Origin: Polyangiales bacterium
GTDB taxonomy: Bacteria; Myxococcota_A; Polyangia; Polyangiales; Polyangiaceae
DNA length: 30,942 bases
Direction: 5' to 3'
NCBI GenBank assembly: GCA_038230375.1
Contig: JBBRNJ010000096.1
Location: 1-30,942, forward strand
Positions 17,760 through 26,796 of this stretch are shown one piece after another. How positions within the stretch are numbered: position 1 is the stretch's first letter; the number at the start of each line of letters is the position of its first letter. The translations under genes and the position numbers were made by a program. The notes below the pieces were generated by a model that saw nothing but the letters and a program-made list of their open reading frames with translations, did no database searches and had not been told where the DNA came from.

Positions 17760-18608
17760 ATGTCAAACAAACGCGCTGCGAGAGAGCTTCTTGTGGGGGC
17801 CGGCACCATCACGATCATCGCCGGCACGCTGGCCCTTCTGGCGGCCCCGGTCGCGGCTGCCCCGCCGATGGTCGCGCCGACAGCGACACTTTTGCCCGTT
17901 GTTCACATCACTGGCTTCCAGACCGTGGCCGCGCCCGCTGGCATGCTGAAGTACCAGGTCACCCTCCACAACGACGGTGCTGCCGCAACCATGCTGGACG
18001 TGAACTTCTGTCGCCGCGACGACTGTGTCGGCAAGCACGACCGCGACATCGTTCACATCCCGGCGAAGAGCGACGCGACGGTATTCTTCACCAGCAAGGC
18101 AGACCGCATGAACTGCGGAATTGGCTACTTGCTCTGGCTCTTCGGCGACGGCGCGGACACCACGGTGCGCAACGCCTCGCTGGACGCTCAGTGCACCTGG
18201 GCCACTCAGGTCAGTGACTCGCTGAACGCCATGACCGCGGACCAACGCCACCGAACTATCGCGGGCAAGGCGTTCCTCAGCGCCGCATTGGCACCTACGT
18301 TCTCGTCGTGCGACCTGGCCAAGGTGAGCGTCGAGGTGGAGAACCACACCACCACGACTGCCAACCAGCTCGTGGTCGTTCTCCAGGACATCAACGGCAC
18401 GATGGTGGGGCAACAGCTGGTCCCTGCTCTTGCAGCGGGCCAGAGCCATCGCGTCGTGGTCACGGGAGAAAAGATCAACGGCGCGGCCGGAACGATGACG
18501 CTCAGCCTGCGCGACCCCACGCACGCGTTCTCGGACAAGATTGTCCCGCAGACGGTCGACATCCAGATCTCGCCGACGTGCACGGCGACAACTCACCTCA
18601 CGCCGTGA
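17760..18608 (+). CDS. Secreted protein with two Ig-like (CARDB-like) beta-sandwich domains
   Basis: Signal/TM segment, YQVTLHNDG..A and VSVEVENH...VPALAAGQSHRVVV patterns, paired Cys. Confidence 0.65.
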   Translation: MSNKRAARELLVGAGTITIIAGTLALLAAPVAAAPPMVAPTATLLPVVHITGFQTVAAPAGMLKYQVTLHNDGAAATMLDVNFCRRDDCVGKHDRDIVHIPAKSDATVFFTSKADRMNCGIGYLLWLFGDGADTTVRNASLDAQCTWATQVSDSLNAMTADQRHRTIAGKAFLSAALAPTFSSCDLAKVSVEVENHTTTTANQLVVVLQDINGTMVGQQLVPALAAGQSHRVVVTGEKINGAAGTMTLSLRDPTHAFSDKIVPQTVDIQISPTCTATTHLTP

Positions 18609-18617
18609 GCTCGGCTC

Positions 18618-20042
18618 TCAGATCTCTTTCTGCATGATCCAGGTCGCGCGCAGCGTCGTGTCGGGTGGTACGGGCGGTAGCCCCGCGCGGAACACGTAGA
18701 GCGCCGACAGGTTTGGGATGAAGAGCAGCGGCGTCGCGCGGAGCTGGTCGTAGCCTGCGATCGTCGGACTCTCCACGAACGACACCCTCGGCGCGGCAAA
18801 CGTGCTCGCCGCTGTCGGTAGCCAGGCCCCGAGCGACGATGGGAGCGCCGGTGCGTGGAGGCTGGTCATATCGGGCGGGAGCACGAACGACCAGGTGCCC
18901 AGCTCGTCCGAGCCGTCGAGCGTGGTGGTCCAGTTGATCGTAGCGCCGCCGCCATCGACCGCCGCGACGCCAGTGAGCGGCGAGGCGGTGGCCCAACTCA
19001 GCTGCGGACGGCCTGGCGCGCTGGTGTCCAGCTTCGCCTGTGTGAAGCGCGGCAGGAGCAGCGAAACGTCGAGCGCAGCGGTGGTCCGTGTAGCGGCACC
19101 CCTGTCGGCGCTCGCAGTGAGCGCCATGAGTGCATCGTAGGGCGGCGCGAGGACCTCCGTGACGTCGATCTCCGCCTGGATCGAGTCCGCGTATCCAGGG
19201 TAGGTCACGAAGTAGTTCGCTCCCTCCTTTGGCGGAGCGAGCGAGTCGTGAAATGGATCGCCATCTGCGATGTGCGTGATGAAGACGTACGGGACGGCCC
19301 CGGCATCGGGGAGCGTCGCCACGTGTGCAAGGTCGACATCGAAGTTTCCCACCGTGGTCGTCCAGGCGGGCAGTCCAGTCACGCTGGCGACGGCGACCGA
19401 ATTGCCCTTCTTGAACGTGAAGGCGCGCGGATTCGCGTTCGAGAACGCCAGCACCGGGAATGTGGATCCATGGATGCAGTCCGGCGCGATGTCGATGACG
19501 GCGGCGCCCGTGGTGGTGAACTGGTTGCACTGGCCCACATAGATGGACTGGTTGGGTGATGGCGGGGCCACTGGCAGTGTGATGGCCTCCGTCACGATGC
19601 TGGCATGCGTCTCGTCCACGGCCTGGAGAACGTCGCCGGGCTTCACGCCCACGAACGTGAGGAGATGCCGGCGCCCGGGCCCGCTCATCGCCACGGTGAC
19701 CTGACCTCCCGCTTCCACCACGCGCGAAGCCTTGCCGTCGGAGCCCGTGAGCTTCGCGTCGATCGCAGCGCCCGTTGCGTCGTGAAACACAACCGTCACG
19801 CCCGCCTCTGGCGCGCCAGCAACCGTCACGGTCACGGTGACGGGCGCAGACGCCGCGCCATCATCTGCTCTTGCGTCCGTCGTGGGGCCCGGTCCGGCCC
19901 CATCGACCGCGGTCGTGCTGGCGTCCGACGTCGCCGCATCCGCTTCGCCGCCCTGCGCGTCGCTCGAGCTCCCGCATGCCAAGGCAACGGCGGCCGCCAA
20001 GACGATCGAGACGGCCGCACATCCAATCGTGATCCTCTTCAT
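18618..20042 (-). CDS. Hypothetical lipoprotein with carboxypeptidase-regulatory/Ig-like domain
   Basis: Lipobox ALAC, DA-rich linker, P.AGVTVVFHDATG....TGSDGKA. SD GGAGGA before ATG 20042. Confidence 0.75.
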   Translation of the reverse strand: MKRITIGCAAVSIVLAAAVALACGSSSDAQGGEADAATSDASTTAVDGAGPGPTTDARADDGAASAPVTVTVTVAGAPEAGVTVVFHDATGAAIDAKLTGSDGKASRVVEAGGQVTVAMSGPGRRHLLTFVGVKPGDVLQAVDETHASIVTEAITLPVAPPSPNQSIYVGQCNQFTTTGAAVIDIAPDCIHGSTFPVLAFSNANPRAFTFKKGNSVAVASVTGLPAWTTTVGNFDVDLAHVATLPDAGAVPYVFITHIADGDPFHDSLAPPKEGANYFVTYPGYADSIQAEIDVTEVLAPPYDALMALTASADRGAATRTTAALDVSLLLPRFTQAKLDTSAPGRPQLSWATASPLTGVAAVDGGGATINWTTTLDGSDELGTWSFVLPPDMTSLHAPALPSSLGAWLPTAASTFAAPRVSFVESPTIAGYDQLRATPLLFIPNLSALYVFRAGLPPVPPDTTLRATWIMQKEI

Positions 20043-20181
20043 CGAAGCACTGTCCTCCGCGACGACGAGCAGCGGCGTCATCGCCTGCTGACTATCGCAT
20101 CGTTCGGAGGAAGTGCCGCCGCAGCGGTGGTGATGAATCGGTGAACGGGGTGGGAGCAGGTAGAGGCGCGCGTGGTTGCGG

Positions 20182-20583
20182 TCACCCGAGCGGCGCGGTG
20201 CCCTTCATGACGTCCACCTTGTGGAAGTACTTGCGCGCGAATGCGGCGAGCTGTCCCTCGGTGGGGTGATCCACCGTCTCCACGCCCACGATCTTGTCGA
20301 CGAGCGCGTGATCGTGTTTGTGCACGTGCTTGATGAACTCGAGCTTCGCCTTTCCGGGGCCGACAACGAGGATCTCCTCGGCGTCCTTCAGAGCCTCCGC
20401 CGCGGCGTGGAAGAAGTGCTGGTCCTCCGCAGGGTGAGAGGTGCCATGTGCACGCGGCTCGCCGCGGTGGGAGATGTGCTTGTGCGGGGCCTGGATCTTG
20501 AGCTTCTCGAAATCCGTCTCACCCACGTGGAAGATCTTGGCTTCGGCGTGATCGATCCAGAGAGCGACGTGTCGGTTGTTCAT
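20182..20583 (-). CDS. Minimal bacterial aeRF1-like (baeRF / eRF1 domain-2-like) protein
   Basis: VALWIDHAEAKIF...FFHAAAEAL.DAEEILVVGPG.AK.EF...VETVDHPT..QL.A.ARKYF. No GGQ motif. Confidence 0.75.
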   Translation of the reverse strand: MNNRHVALWIDHAEAKIFHVGETDFEKLKIQAPHKHISHRGEPRAHGTSHPAEDQHFFHAAAEALKDAEEILVVGPGKAKLEFIKHVHKHDHALVDKIVGVETVDHPTEGQLAAFARKYFHKVDVMKGTAPLG

Positions 20584-20598
20584 GATGCAGCGTGGACG

Positions 20599-20614
20599 AG
20601 CAACGAGCGTGCCG
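20599..20614 (-). promoter_or_regulatory. Sigma-54 promoter
   Basis: CGGCAC-GCTCG-TTGCT, near consensus, ending 15 nt upstream of ATG 20583. Confidence 0.8.
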
Positions 20615-20703
20615 GTGTGAGCGGGGGTCGGTTTGTCTGGGTCCGAGAGGGCGCGCGACGCAAAGCCAGCACGCGATGCGAATGGATTGCGCGACGCGCG
20701 ACG

Positions 20704-20751
20704 ATCGACCTCGACCTGGACCTCGACCTGGACCTCGACCTCGACCTTGAC
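20704..20751 (+). repeat. Hexamer array (NNNGAC)x8
   Basis: ATCGAC CTCGAC CTGGAC CTCGAC CTGGAC CTCGAC CTCGAC CTTGAC. Confidence 0.95.
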
Positions 20752-20756
20752 GTCAC

Positions 20757-20773
20757 ATTATGATGGTCATATT
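20757..20773. promoter_or_regulatory. Probable TetR operator overlapping the promoter
   Basis: AT-TATGA-TGG-TCATA-TT inverted repeat between TTGACG (20747) and TACTAT (20773). Confidence 0.7.
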
Positions 20774-20784
20774 ACTATCGTCAG

Positions 20785-21375
20785 ATGAACGCGAAGGCCG
20801 AGCAAAAAGAGCGCTCACACGAGAGCATCCTCGAGTCGGCCGCGCGGCTGTTACGGGCGAAGGGCGTGGCGGGCGCGCGGGTGGCGGACGTGATGAAGGG
20901 CGCGGGCCTCACGGTCGGCGGCTTCTACGCTCACTTTGCCTCGAAGGAGGCGCTTGTGGATGACGTGCTCCGTCTCACGGCGGCGCGGATGCGTGAGCGG
21001 CTGTTCGTGGGGCTCGCTGCCAAGCCCGCGGAGGACCGCGCCGAGGTCGTGCTCAAGCGCTACCTCTCGCTCGCCCACCGCGACCAGCCGAACGAAGGCT
21101 GCCCCTTTCCCGGAGTCATCGGCGAGATCGCGACCACCGCACCCGAGCACGGCGAAGTACTCGCGGCGCAGGTGGAGTCCTTCGCCAGGCAGCTCGGGGC
21201 GCAGCTGCCCACGGGCGACGCCCGCGAGCGGCGACACCTGGCCATCGGGGTCTTCGCGCTCATGGTGGGCGGGCTCACGCTTGCGCGCGCGGTCCGGGGT
21301 ACGGAGCTCTCGGACGACATCATCAGGGCATGTCGCGCATTCGGACGCGACGCGATCCGCCATGAGGAGAAGTAA
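20785..21375 (+). CDS. TetR/AcrR-family regulator
   Basis: [12 protein letters not shown]....[26 protein letters not shown], plus GCP motif. Confidence 0.95.
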   Translation: MNAKAEQKERSHESILESAARLLRAKGVAGARVADVMKGAGLTVGGFYAHFASKEALVDDVLRLTAARMRERLFVGLAAKPAEDRAEVVLKRYLSLAHRDQPNEGCPFPGVIGEIATTAPEHGEVLAAQVESFARQLGAQLPTGDARERRHLAIGVFALMVGGLTLARAVRGTELSDDIIRACRAFGRDAIRHEEK

Positions 21376-21378
21376 GTC

Positions 21379-21447
21379 ATGAACCACCCAGTCACGGTCT
21401 GGAGCAGCTGTATGGTGCTGAGAGCCGAGGAGGCGAAGGGCCGATGA
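21379..21447 (+). CDS. Putative 22-aa small ORF between tetR and thiolase
   Basis: GAGGAG SD (21364-21369), ATG 21379, stop TGA 21445-21447 overlapping both candidate thiolase ATGs. Confidence 0.4.
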   Translation: MNHPVTVWSSCMVLRAEEAKGR

Positions 21448-22676
21448 TGAACAGCTATGTGATCGATGCAGCGCGTACCCCCCGTGGACGCGGAAAAGCA
21501 GGCAAGGGCGCGCTCTCCGGAATGCACCCGCAAGAGATCCTGGCGACCGTGCTCCGCGCGCTTCCCGCGCGTACGGGCTGGGACGCAAAGGACGTGGACG
21601 ACCTCATCATCGGCTGTGTCTCGCAGGCGGGCGAGCAGGGCGCAAACATCTCGCGCAACGCGCTTCTTGCCGCCGGCTGGCCCATCGAGGTGAGCGCGGT
21701 CTCGCTCAACCGGTTCTGCGGAAGCGGACAGCAGGCCGTGAACTTCGCTGCCATGGGCGTCGCGTCCGGCGCCATGAACCTGGCCATCGCGGGCGGCATC
21801 GAGAGCATGTCACGCGCGCCCATGGGCTCGGACGGCGGCGGCGTGGACGGCAACAACATGGAGCTGCGCAAGCGATTCTTCCAGGTGCCGCAGGGCATCA
21901 GCGCGGATCTCATCGCCACCATCGAGGGCTTCACGCGCGCGCAGATCGACGAGATCGCGCTCCGCTCGCAGGAGCGCGCGGGCATCGCGATCAAGGAGGG
22001 CCGCTTCGCGAAGTCGCTCGTCCCCGTCACGGAGACTGGCTCGGACAAGGTGCTTCTGGCCGCGGACGAGAACCCGCGACCCACCACCGCGGAGGTGCTC
22101 GCTGGCCTTGGCGCGTCGTTCGTTGGCATGGGCGCCATGCCGATCGGGCCCAACGGCGAGACGATGGACCAGCTGGCCATGCACGCCTACCCCGCCGTGA
22201 AGGCGATCAATCACATGCATTCTGCAGGCAATTCCAGTGGCCTTGCGGACGGCGCCGGCGCGGTCGTGCTTGCCTCGGAGTCGTACGTGAAGGACTGCGG
22301 GCTGAGGCCGCGTGCCCGCATCCGCGCGGTCGCGACGGTGGGCAGCGAGCCCGTCATCATGCTCACGGGTCCCGCGCCCGCCAGCGAGAAGGCGCTTCGC
22401 ATGGCCGGCATGAAGGCGAGCGACATCGACCTGTGGGAGATCAACGAGGCATTCGCCGCCGTCGTCCTGCAGACCACGCGCAAGCTGGGCATCGACCCGG
22501 AGCGCGTGAACGTGAACGGCGGAGCCATCGCCCTGGGACACCCGCTCGGCGCAACGGGGGCAATGCTCATCGGAACCGCGCTCGACGAGCTCGAGCGCGC
22601 CAACAAGACCACCGCGTGCATCACGATGTGCATCGGCGGCGGACAGGGCATCGCAACGATCCTCGAGCGCGTCTGA
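21444..22676 (+). CDS. Acetyl-CoA C-acyltransferase (thiolase)
   Basis: NRFCGSG catalytic Cys, [34 protein letters not shown]. Confidence 0.97.
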   Translation: MMNSYVIDAARTPRGRGKAGKGALSGMHPQEILATVLRALPARTGWDAKDVDDLIIGCVSQAGEQGANISRNALLAAGWPIEVSAVSLNRFCGSGQQAVNFAAMGVASGAMNLAIAGGIESMSRAPMGSDGGGVDGNNMELRKRFFQVPQGISADLIATIEGFTRAQIDEIALRSQERAGIAIKEGRFAKSLVPVTETGSDKVLLAADENPRPTTAEVLAGLGASFVGMGAMPIGPNGETMDQLAMHAYPAVKAINHMHSAGNSSGLADGAGAVVLASESYVKDCGLRPRARIRAVATVGSEPVIMLTGPAPASEKALRMAGMKASDIDLWEINEAFAAVVLQTTRKLGIDPERVNVNGGAIALGHPLGATGAMLIGTALDELERANKTTACITMCIGGGQGIATILERV

Positions 22677-22751
22677 CGTCGACCCTTACATCTACCCTAC
22701 CCCCCGCGACCCTCGACTTTTCCCGGCGGATGGGTTTGTCTGATGTTGCCC

Positions 22752-23786
22752 ATGGCGACATCAACCTTGAGCCCGCTCCGGCGGGCGCGCGAGTACGCTC
22801 GGCATCTCGCGGTGCGGAGCTTCTTCGAGGGCTCCTCGCGCGCATTCAGCTTCCATCCGAACGCGAGGCCATCGCGGCATTCGGTGGAGCGCATTCGCAA
22901 TGTCTCCTACCTCTCCAAAGAGGAGAGCCACGCGCGGCACGCCGACCCGGAGCTGCACTTGCTCGACGTGTGGCGACCACTGCCGGTCTTGCCCGCGCCG
23001 CGACATCGCGTCCACCACGGACCGCCGTGGCCCATCGTTTTCTACGTGCATGGCGGCGCGTTCAGCATCCTCTCGAAGGACACGCACTGGATCATGGCGC
23101 TGGCGTACGCGCGCCGCGGCTTCCTCGTGTTCAACGTGAACTACCGGCTTGCGCCCACGCACCGCTATCCCGCCGCGATCGCAGACGTGTGCGACGCATA
23201 CGCATGGATGACGAAGAACGCGGCGCGCTACGGCGGTGACCTCTCGCGCGTCGTGCTCGCGGGCGAGTCCGCCGGCGCAAACCTGGTGACCAGCCTCTCC
23301 ATCTGCCTCACCTACCCGCGCGAGGAGTCGCACGCGAAGCTCGCGTACGACACGGGCGTCGTGCCGCGCGCGGTCGTCCCCGCGTGCGGGCTCTTCCAGG
23401 TCAGCGACATCGAGCGCCTCTCGCGTCGCAAGCCGAACATGACGGGCTTCGTTCGCGACATCCTGCCGGGCGTGTCCGGTCCGTACCTCGGTGAAGGTCC
23501 TCACGCGTCGTCGCTCGACCTCGCGGACCCGCTCCTTCTCTTCGAGCGCGGCGACAGATCGGAGAAGCCGCTCCCGCCGTTCTTCTTGCCGGTGGGCACG
23601 AAGGATCCGCTGCTCGACGACACGCGTCGCCTGGGCGCCGCGCTCCGTGCGCTGGGCACCACCGCGGAGGAGAAGTACTACCCGGGCGAGGTGCACGCGT
23701 TCCACGCCTTCGTCATGCGCAAGGCCGCACGCGAGTGCTGGGCGGACACGTACGCCTTCCTCGACCGCCATATCCCTCCGACCTGA
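22752..23786 (+). CDS. Hormone-sensitive-lipase-family alpha/beta hydrolase
   Basis: HGGAF, VNYRLAP, GESAG, DPL.DD, HAF. Confidence 0.92.
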   Translation: MATSTLSPLRRAREYARHLAVRSFFEGSSRAFSFHPNARPSRHSVERIRNVSYLSKEESHARHADPELHLLDVWRPLPVLPAPRHRVHHGPPWPIVFYVHGGAFSILSKDTHWIMALAYARRGFLVFNVNYRLAPTHRYPAAIADVCDAYAWMTKNAARYGGDLSRVVLAGESAGANLVTSLSICLTYPREESHAKLAYDTGVVPRAVVPACGLFQVSDIERLSRRKPNMTGFVRDILPGVSGPYLGEGPHASSLDLADPLLLFERGDRSEKPLPPFFLPVGTKDPLLDDTRRLGAALRALGTTAEEKYYPGEVHAFHAFVMRKAARECWADTYAFLDRHIPPT

Positions 23787-23885
23787 GCGCCCGGATCTCC
23801 GGATGCGGGCGGATATCCGCCTCGATCGCGTCTAGTAACTCAGGAATGAGTTGCGAATCGACCCTCCTCTGCTAGCTCCTGTGAC

Positions 23886-24722
23886 GTGCACAAGGCCGCT
23901 CCCCTTCTCGCCCTCGTTCTTGTCGCCTGCGCGAATGGCATCACGGATGGCGCCGGCCTCGCAGACGACGTGCTCGCGACAGATGGCGGCGTGCCCGTGA
24001 AGAAGGATGCTGGCGCGCGCGACGCGTCGCCCACCACGACGAGCACCGACGCGAGCAGCGACACGAGCGATGCAGCGGCGGAGGACGCGGCGGATTCGTC
24101 ACTGCCCGTGCTGGATGCGGGCAAGGACGCAGACGTGGTCGGCGCGCACTGGGCGACGCCCGTATGCGACGGAACAGTGGGTGCCTCGGAGTACGGCACC
24201 GCAGACAACCACGGCGCTAGCGGCTCGCAGACCTGGTACGTCACGTGGGACGCGACGAGCATGTACGTCGCGATCGATGGCGCGAACCTCACGGAGGGAG
24301 TCGTTCTCTACGTGGGGCACACGGGCTCAGGGCTCACCACCGGCCAGGCCTACGATGGGACGCGCGCCCAGGCGCTCCCCTTTGGCGCGGACGCGGTCGT
24401 GTACGCGAAGCAAGGCTACACGGAGGTGCGCACGCCGAGCAGCGGCGCGTGGGGCACGCCTGCCACCAGCGCCGCCACGCTCTGCGGCAGCGGCAGCACG
24501 CGCGAGGTCGTCGTTGGATGGAGCGCGCTTGGCTCGAGCGGCGTGCCGAAGGGGTTTCGCTGGCTCGGATATGCAGTCTCCGCATCCGGCTATGCGTATG
24601 CACAGGAGCCCACCGTGCTGCCGGCGGGCTTCATCGGACAGACCGCAGTATTCGGCAAGCAGCTCCACGTGACGTCGACCGCGAACGGCGTTGGGACGTT
24701 CCCGTTTCAGCTCGTCGAGTGA
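23886..24722 (+). CDS. Lipoprotein with DOMON/CBM9-like beta-sandwich
   Basis: Lipobox LVAC, DA-rich linker, P..DG....EY...WYVTWD...YVAI...E....W..LG. Possible promoter TTGCGA-N16-TAGCTC-N7-GTG. Confidence 0.7.
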   Translation: MHKAAPLLALVLVACANGITDGAGLADDVLATDGGVPVKKDAGARDASPTTTSTDASSDTSDAAAEDAADSSLPVLDAGKDADVVGAHWATPVCDGTVGASEYGTADNHGASGSQTWYVTWDATSMYVAIDGANLTEGVVLYVGHTGSGLTTGQAYDGTRAQALPFGADAVVYAKQGYTEVRTPSSGAWGTPATSAATLCGSGSTREVVVGWSALGSSGVPKGFRWLGYAVSASGYAYAQEPTVLPAGFIGQTAVFGKQLHVTSTANGVGTFPFQLVE

Positions 24723-24799
24723 TCTCGTCACCCATCGGGGTGACAGCGGTGCCCCGTGTCGTGGTTGACAATGCGCGCCCCAGGGCGTGTGCTTTGTAG

Positions 24800-26038
24800 A
24801 TGCAGCTTCATCGCGCCTTCACCTTTGTATGTCTCATCGCTCTCCCGCTCGCCGGCTACGCGTGCGTCGGCGACAGCGCGATCCCCTCTGGTTCGGATGA
24901 CGCTGGCGTGGGCGGGAACGACGGCGCCGTCGGCAACACCACGGACGGCAGCGTCTTCCAGAGCGGCAACGATGCCGGGCAGACGGCCGACACCGGCCCG
25001 GCAGCTTGTGATGGCGGGCTCATGTGCGGCGCAGCCTGCATCGCCGTCTCGACCAGCTCCGCGAACTGCGGTGCCTGCGGCCACGACTGCGGCATGGGGT
25101 CCATCTGTGCAAACGGCCTCTGTGGGCCAGTCCTGGTCACGGGAACGCCGGATGGTGGCGCGAAGATCACCGCTCTGAGCACGGACCAGCCCGCCGACAA
25201 CCCGAAGGCGCAGTCCACTCACATCTTCTGGTCCGTGTCCGGGACGGGCGCGGGCGTGTACCAGGACAACGTCGCGGGCGGCAACGTGATCATGCTCTCG
25301 GCGAACCAGAGCAACTCGCTCTCGGTACACAACACGGACGTCTACTGGATGACGCAGAACTTCGGCGGCGCGCCGCAGCCCATGTTCAAGGGCAGCGTTG
25401 GCCAGGCGATGACGCAGATCGCCTACGGCACCTTCAACGCAAACTTCCTCCAGGACCTCGTCTTCGATCCCGCCTCCAGCAACATGTACGGTTCGTACAA
25501 GGCGTCAACGACCACGTTTGGCGCGTTCAAATGCACGGGGGTCCCGCCCGCCACGTGCTCGAGCATGATCACGTACACGGGGACGGTGTCTGGCAACGTT
25601 GCCACGGACGGTACGTCGCTCTACGTCCCGGATTCCGACAACAACATCATCGACAAGATCACGCTCCCCGGCGGCAGCGCCACGCAGGCGGCGTTGAATC
25701 AGTCTTCGCCAACGCTGGTCCGCGTGGATGGGACGTTCCTCTACTGGAGCAACAGCGGGACCAAGACCCTGTTCAGAGAGACGCTCGCCGGCGGCACGCC
25801 GAAGCAGATCGCGTCCACCACCAACCCGGCCGACGGGATCGCGGCGGACGCGGTCAACGCGTACTGGACAGACGGCCCCACAGGCATCGTGAGCTTCGCT
25901 CCCATCGGCGGCAGCGGGCCCACCACGCAGTACGTGAAAATGGGCGGCGCCAGCAGCACGCCTATGCTCCTGGTTCGCGACACCAAGTACCTCTACTTCA
26001 CGTACAGCTCCGCCATCTGGCGTGTCGCGCTCCCCTGA
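24800..26038 (+). CDS. Lipoprotein with Cys-rich (Stig1-like) module and beta-propeller
   Basis: Lipobox GYAC, C....S.NCGACGHDC....C.NGLC, repeated (D)..(V/L)YW(T/S) blades. Confidence 0.82.
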   Translation: MQLHRAFTFVCLIALPLAGYACVGDSAIPSGSDDAGVGGNDGAVGNTTDGSVFQSGNDAGQTADTGPAACDGGLMCGAACIAVSTSSANCGACGHDCGMGSICANGLCGPVLVTGTPDGGAKITALSTDQPADNPKAQSTHIFWSVSGTGAGVYQDNVAGGNVIMLSANQSNSLSVHNTDVYWMTQNFGGAPQPMFKGSVGQAMTQIAYGTFNANFLQDLVFDPASSNMYGSYKASTTTFGAFKCTGVPPATCSSMITYTGTVSGNVATDGTSLYVPDSDNNIIDKITLPGGSATQAALNQSSPTLVRVDGTFLYWSNSGTKTLFRETLAGGTPKQIASTTNPADGIAADAVNAYWTDGPTGIVSFAPIGGSGPTTQYVKMGGASSTPMLLVRDTKYLYFTYSSAIWRVALP

Positions 26039-26115
26039 CTGCAACACCTGCGCGGTCCCGCGCAATGCGTGCGCGGTCGCGTGTGGCAATCGTGCGGATG
26101 GTGGATGTTCGATCA

Positions 26116-26131
26116 CGGCACGCGAATCGCA
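26116..26131 (+). promoter_or_regulatory. Sigma-54 promoter
   Basis: CGGCAC-GCGAA-TCGCA (GG-N10-GC), ending 12 nt before ATG 26144. Confidence 0.65.
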
Positions 26132-26143
26132 ACGCGTGTGGCC

Positions 26144-26740
26144 ATGGCACAAGCACAAGCCCGTTACGTGATCCTGGCTGCGTTCGATGACTCCGATGCC
26201 GCCACGCATGTCGGGGCGACAACAGCCTCTGTCGCCAGTGCGACGCTGGGCGCCGAGGTGCACCTCATGCACGTCGTCACCGGCTCGGACAAGCCCGAAG
26301 GCTTCAAGAAGCACGGGAGCCACGTGGATGAGTTCGCGCGGCGACTCCGCACGGTTTTCCCTGGCCCGCTCTTCGGTCATCTCGGCAGCGGGCCGCCCTG
26401 GAAGGCCATCGTGCAACTCGCCGCAAACCTGAACGCGGACCTCATCGTCGTGGGTCCTCACGACCGCGTAGGCATCGAACGCTTTGCGCAGGGCTCGATC
26501 GCGGAGAAGGTCGCGCGCCACGCGCATTGTCCGGTACTGCTCGCGCGCTCGAAGACGCACATCGCGGAGCGCTCGACGGAGATCGAGGCGCCGTGCGCGC
26601 ACTGCGTCGAGATGCAGCACAAGACGCAGGGCAAGGACCTCTGGTGCGCGCAGCACTCGCAGCACCACAAGAAGGGCCACACGTACATCGACTATCCGGA
26701 GTCGTTCGCGGAGGGCTCGCAGTTCTTCCCGGACCACTGA
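26144..26740 (+). CDS. Universal stress protein with C-terminal Cys/His-rich domain
   Basis: ILAAFDDS, ADLIVVG.H.R.G..RF..GSIAEKV.R.A.CPVL, then C-x2-C-x13-C-x2-H. Confidence 0.88.
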   Translation: MAQAQARYVILAAFDDSDAATHVGATTASVASATLGAEVHLMHVVTGSDKPEGFKKHGSHVDEFARRLRTVFPGPLFGHLGSGPPWKAIVQLAANLNADLIVVGPHDRVGIERFAQGSIAEKVARHAHCPVLLARSKTHIAERSTEIEAPCAHCVEMQHKTQGKDLWCAQHSQHHKKGHTYIDYPESFAEGSQFFPDH

Positions 26741-26753
26741 TACGGAGGCTCGC

Positions 26754-26769
26754 TGGCCCGACCCTTGCT
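26754..26769 (+). promoter_or_regulatory. Sigma-54 promoter
   Basis: TGGCCC-GACCC-TTGCT (GG-N10-GC) upstream of SD GGAGG and GTG 26797. Confidence 0.7.
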
Positions 26770-26796
26770 CCTTCTCAGGCTGCGGAGGATTCGATC

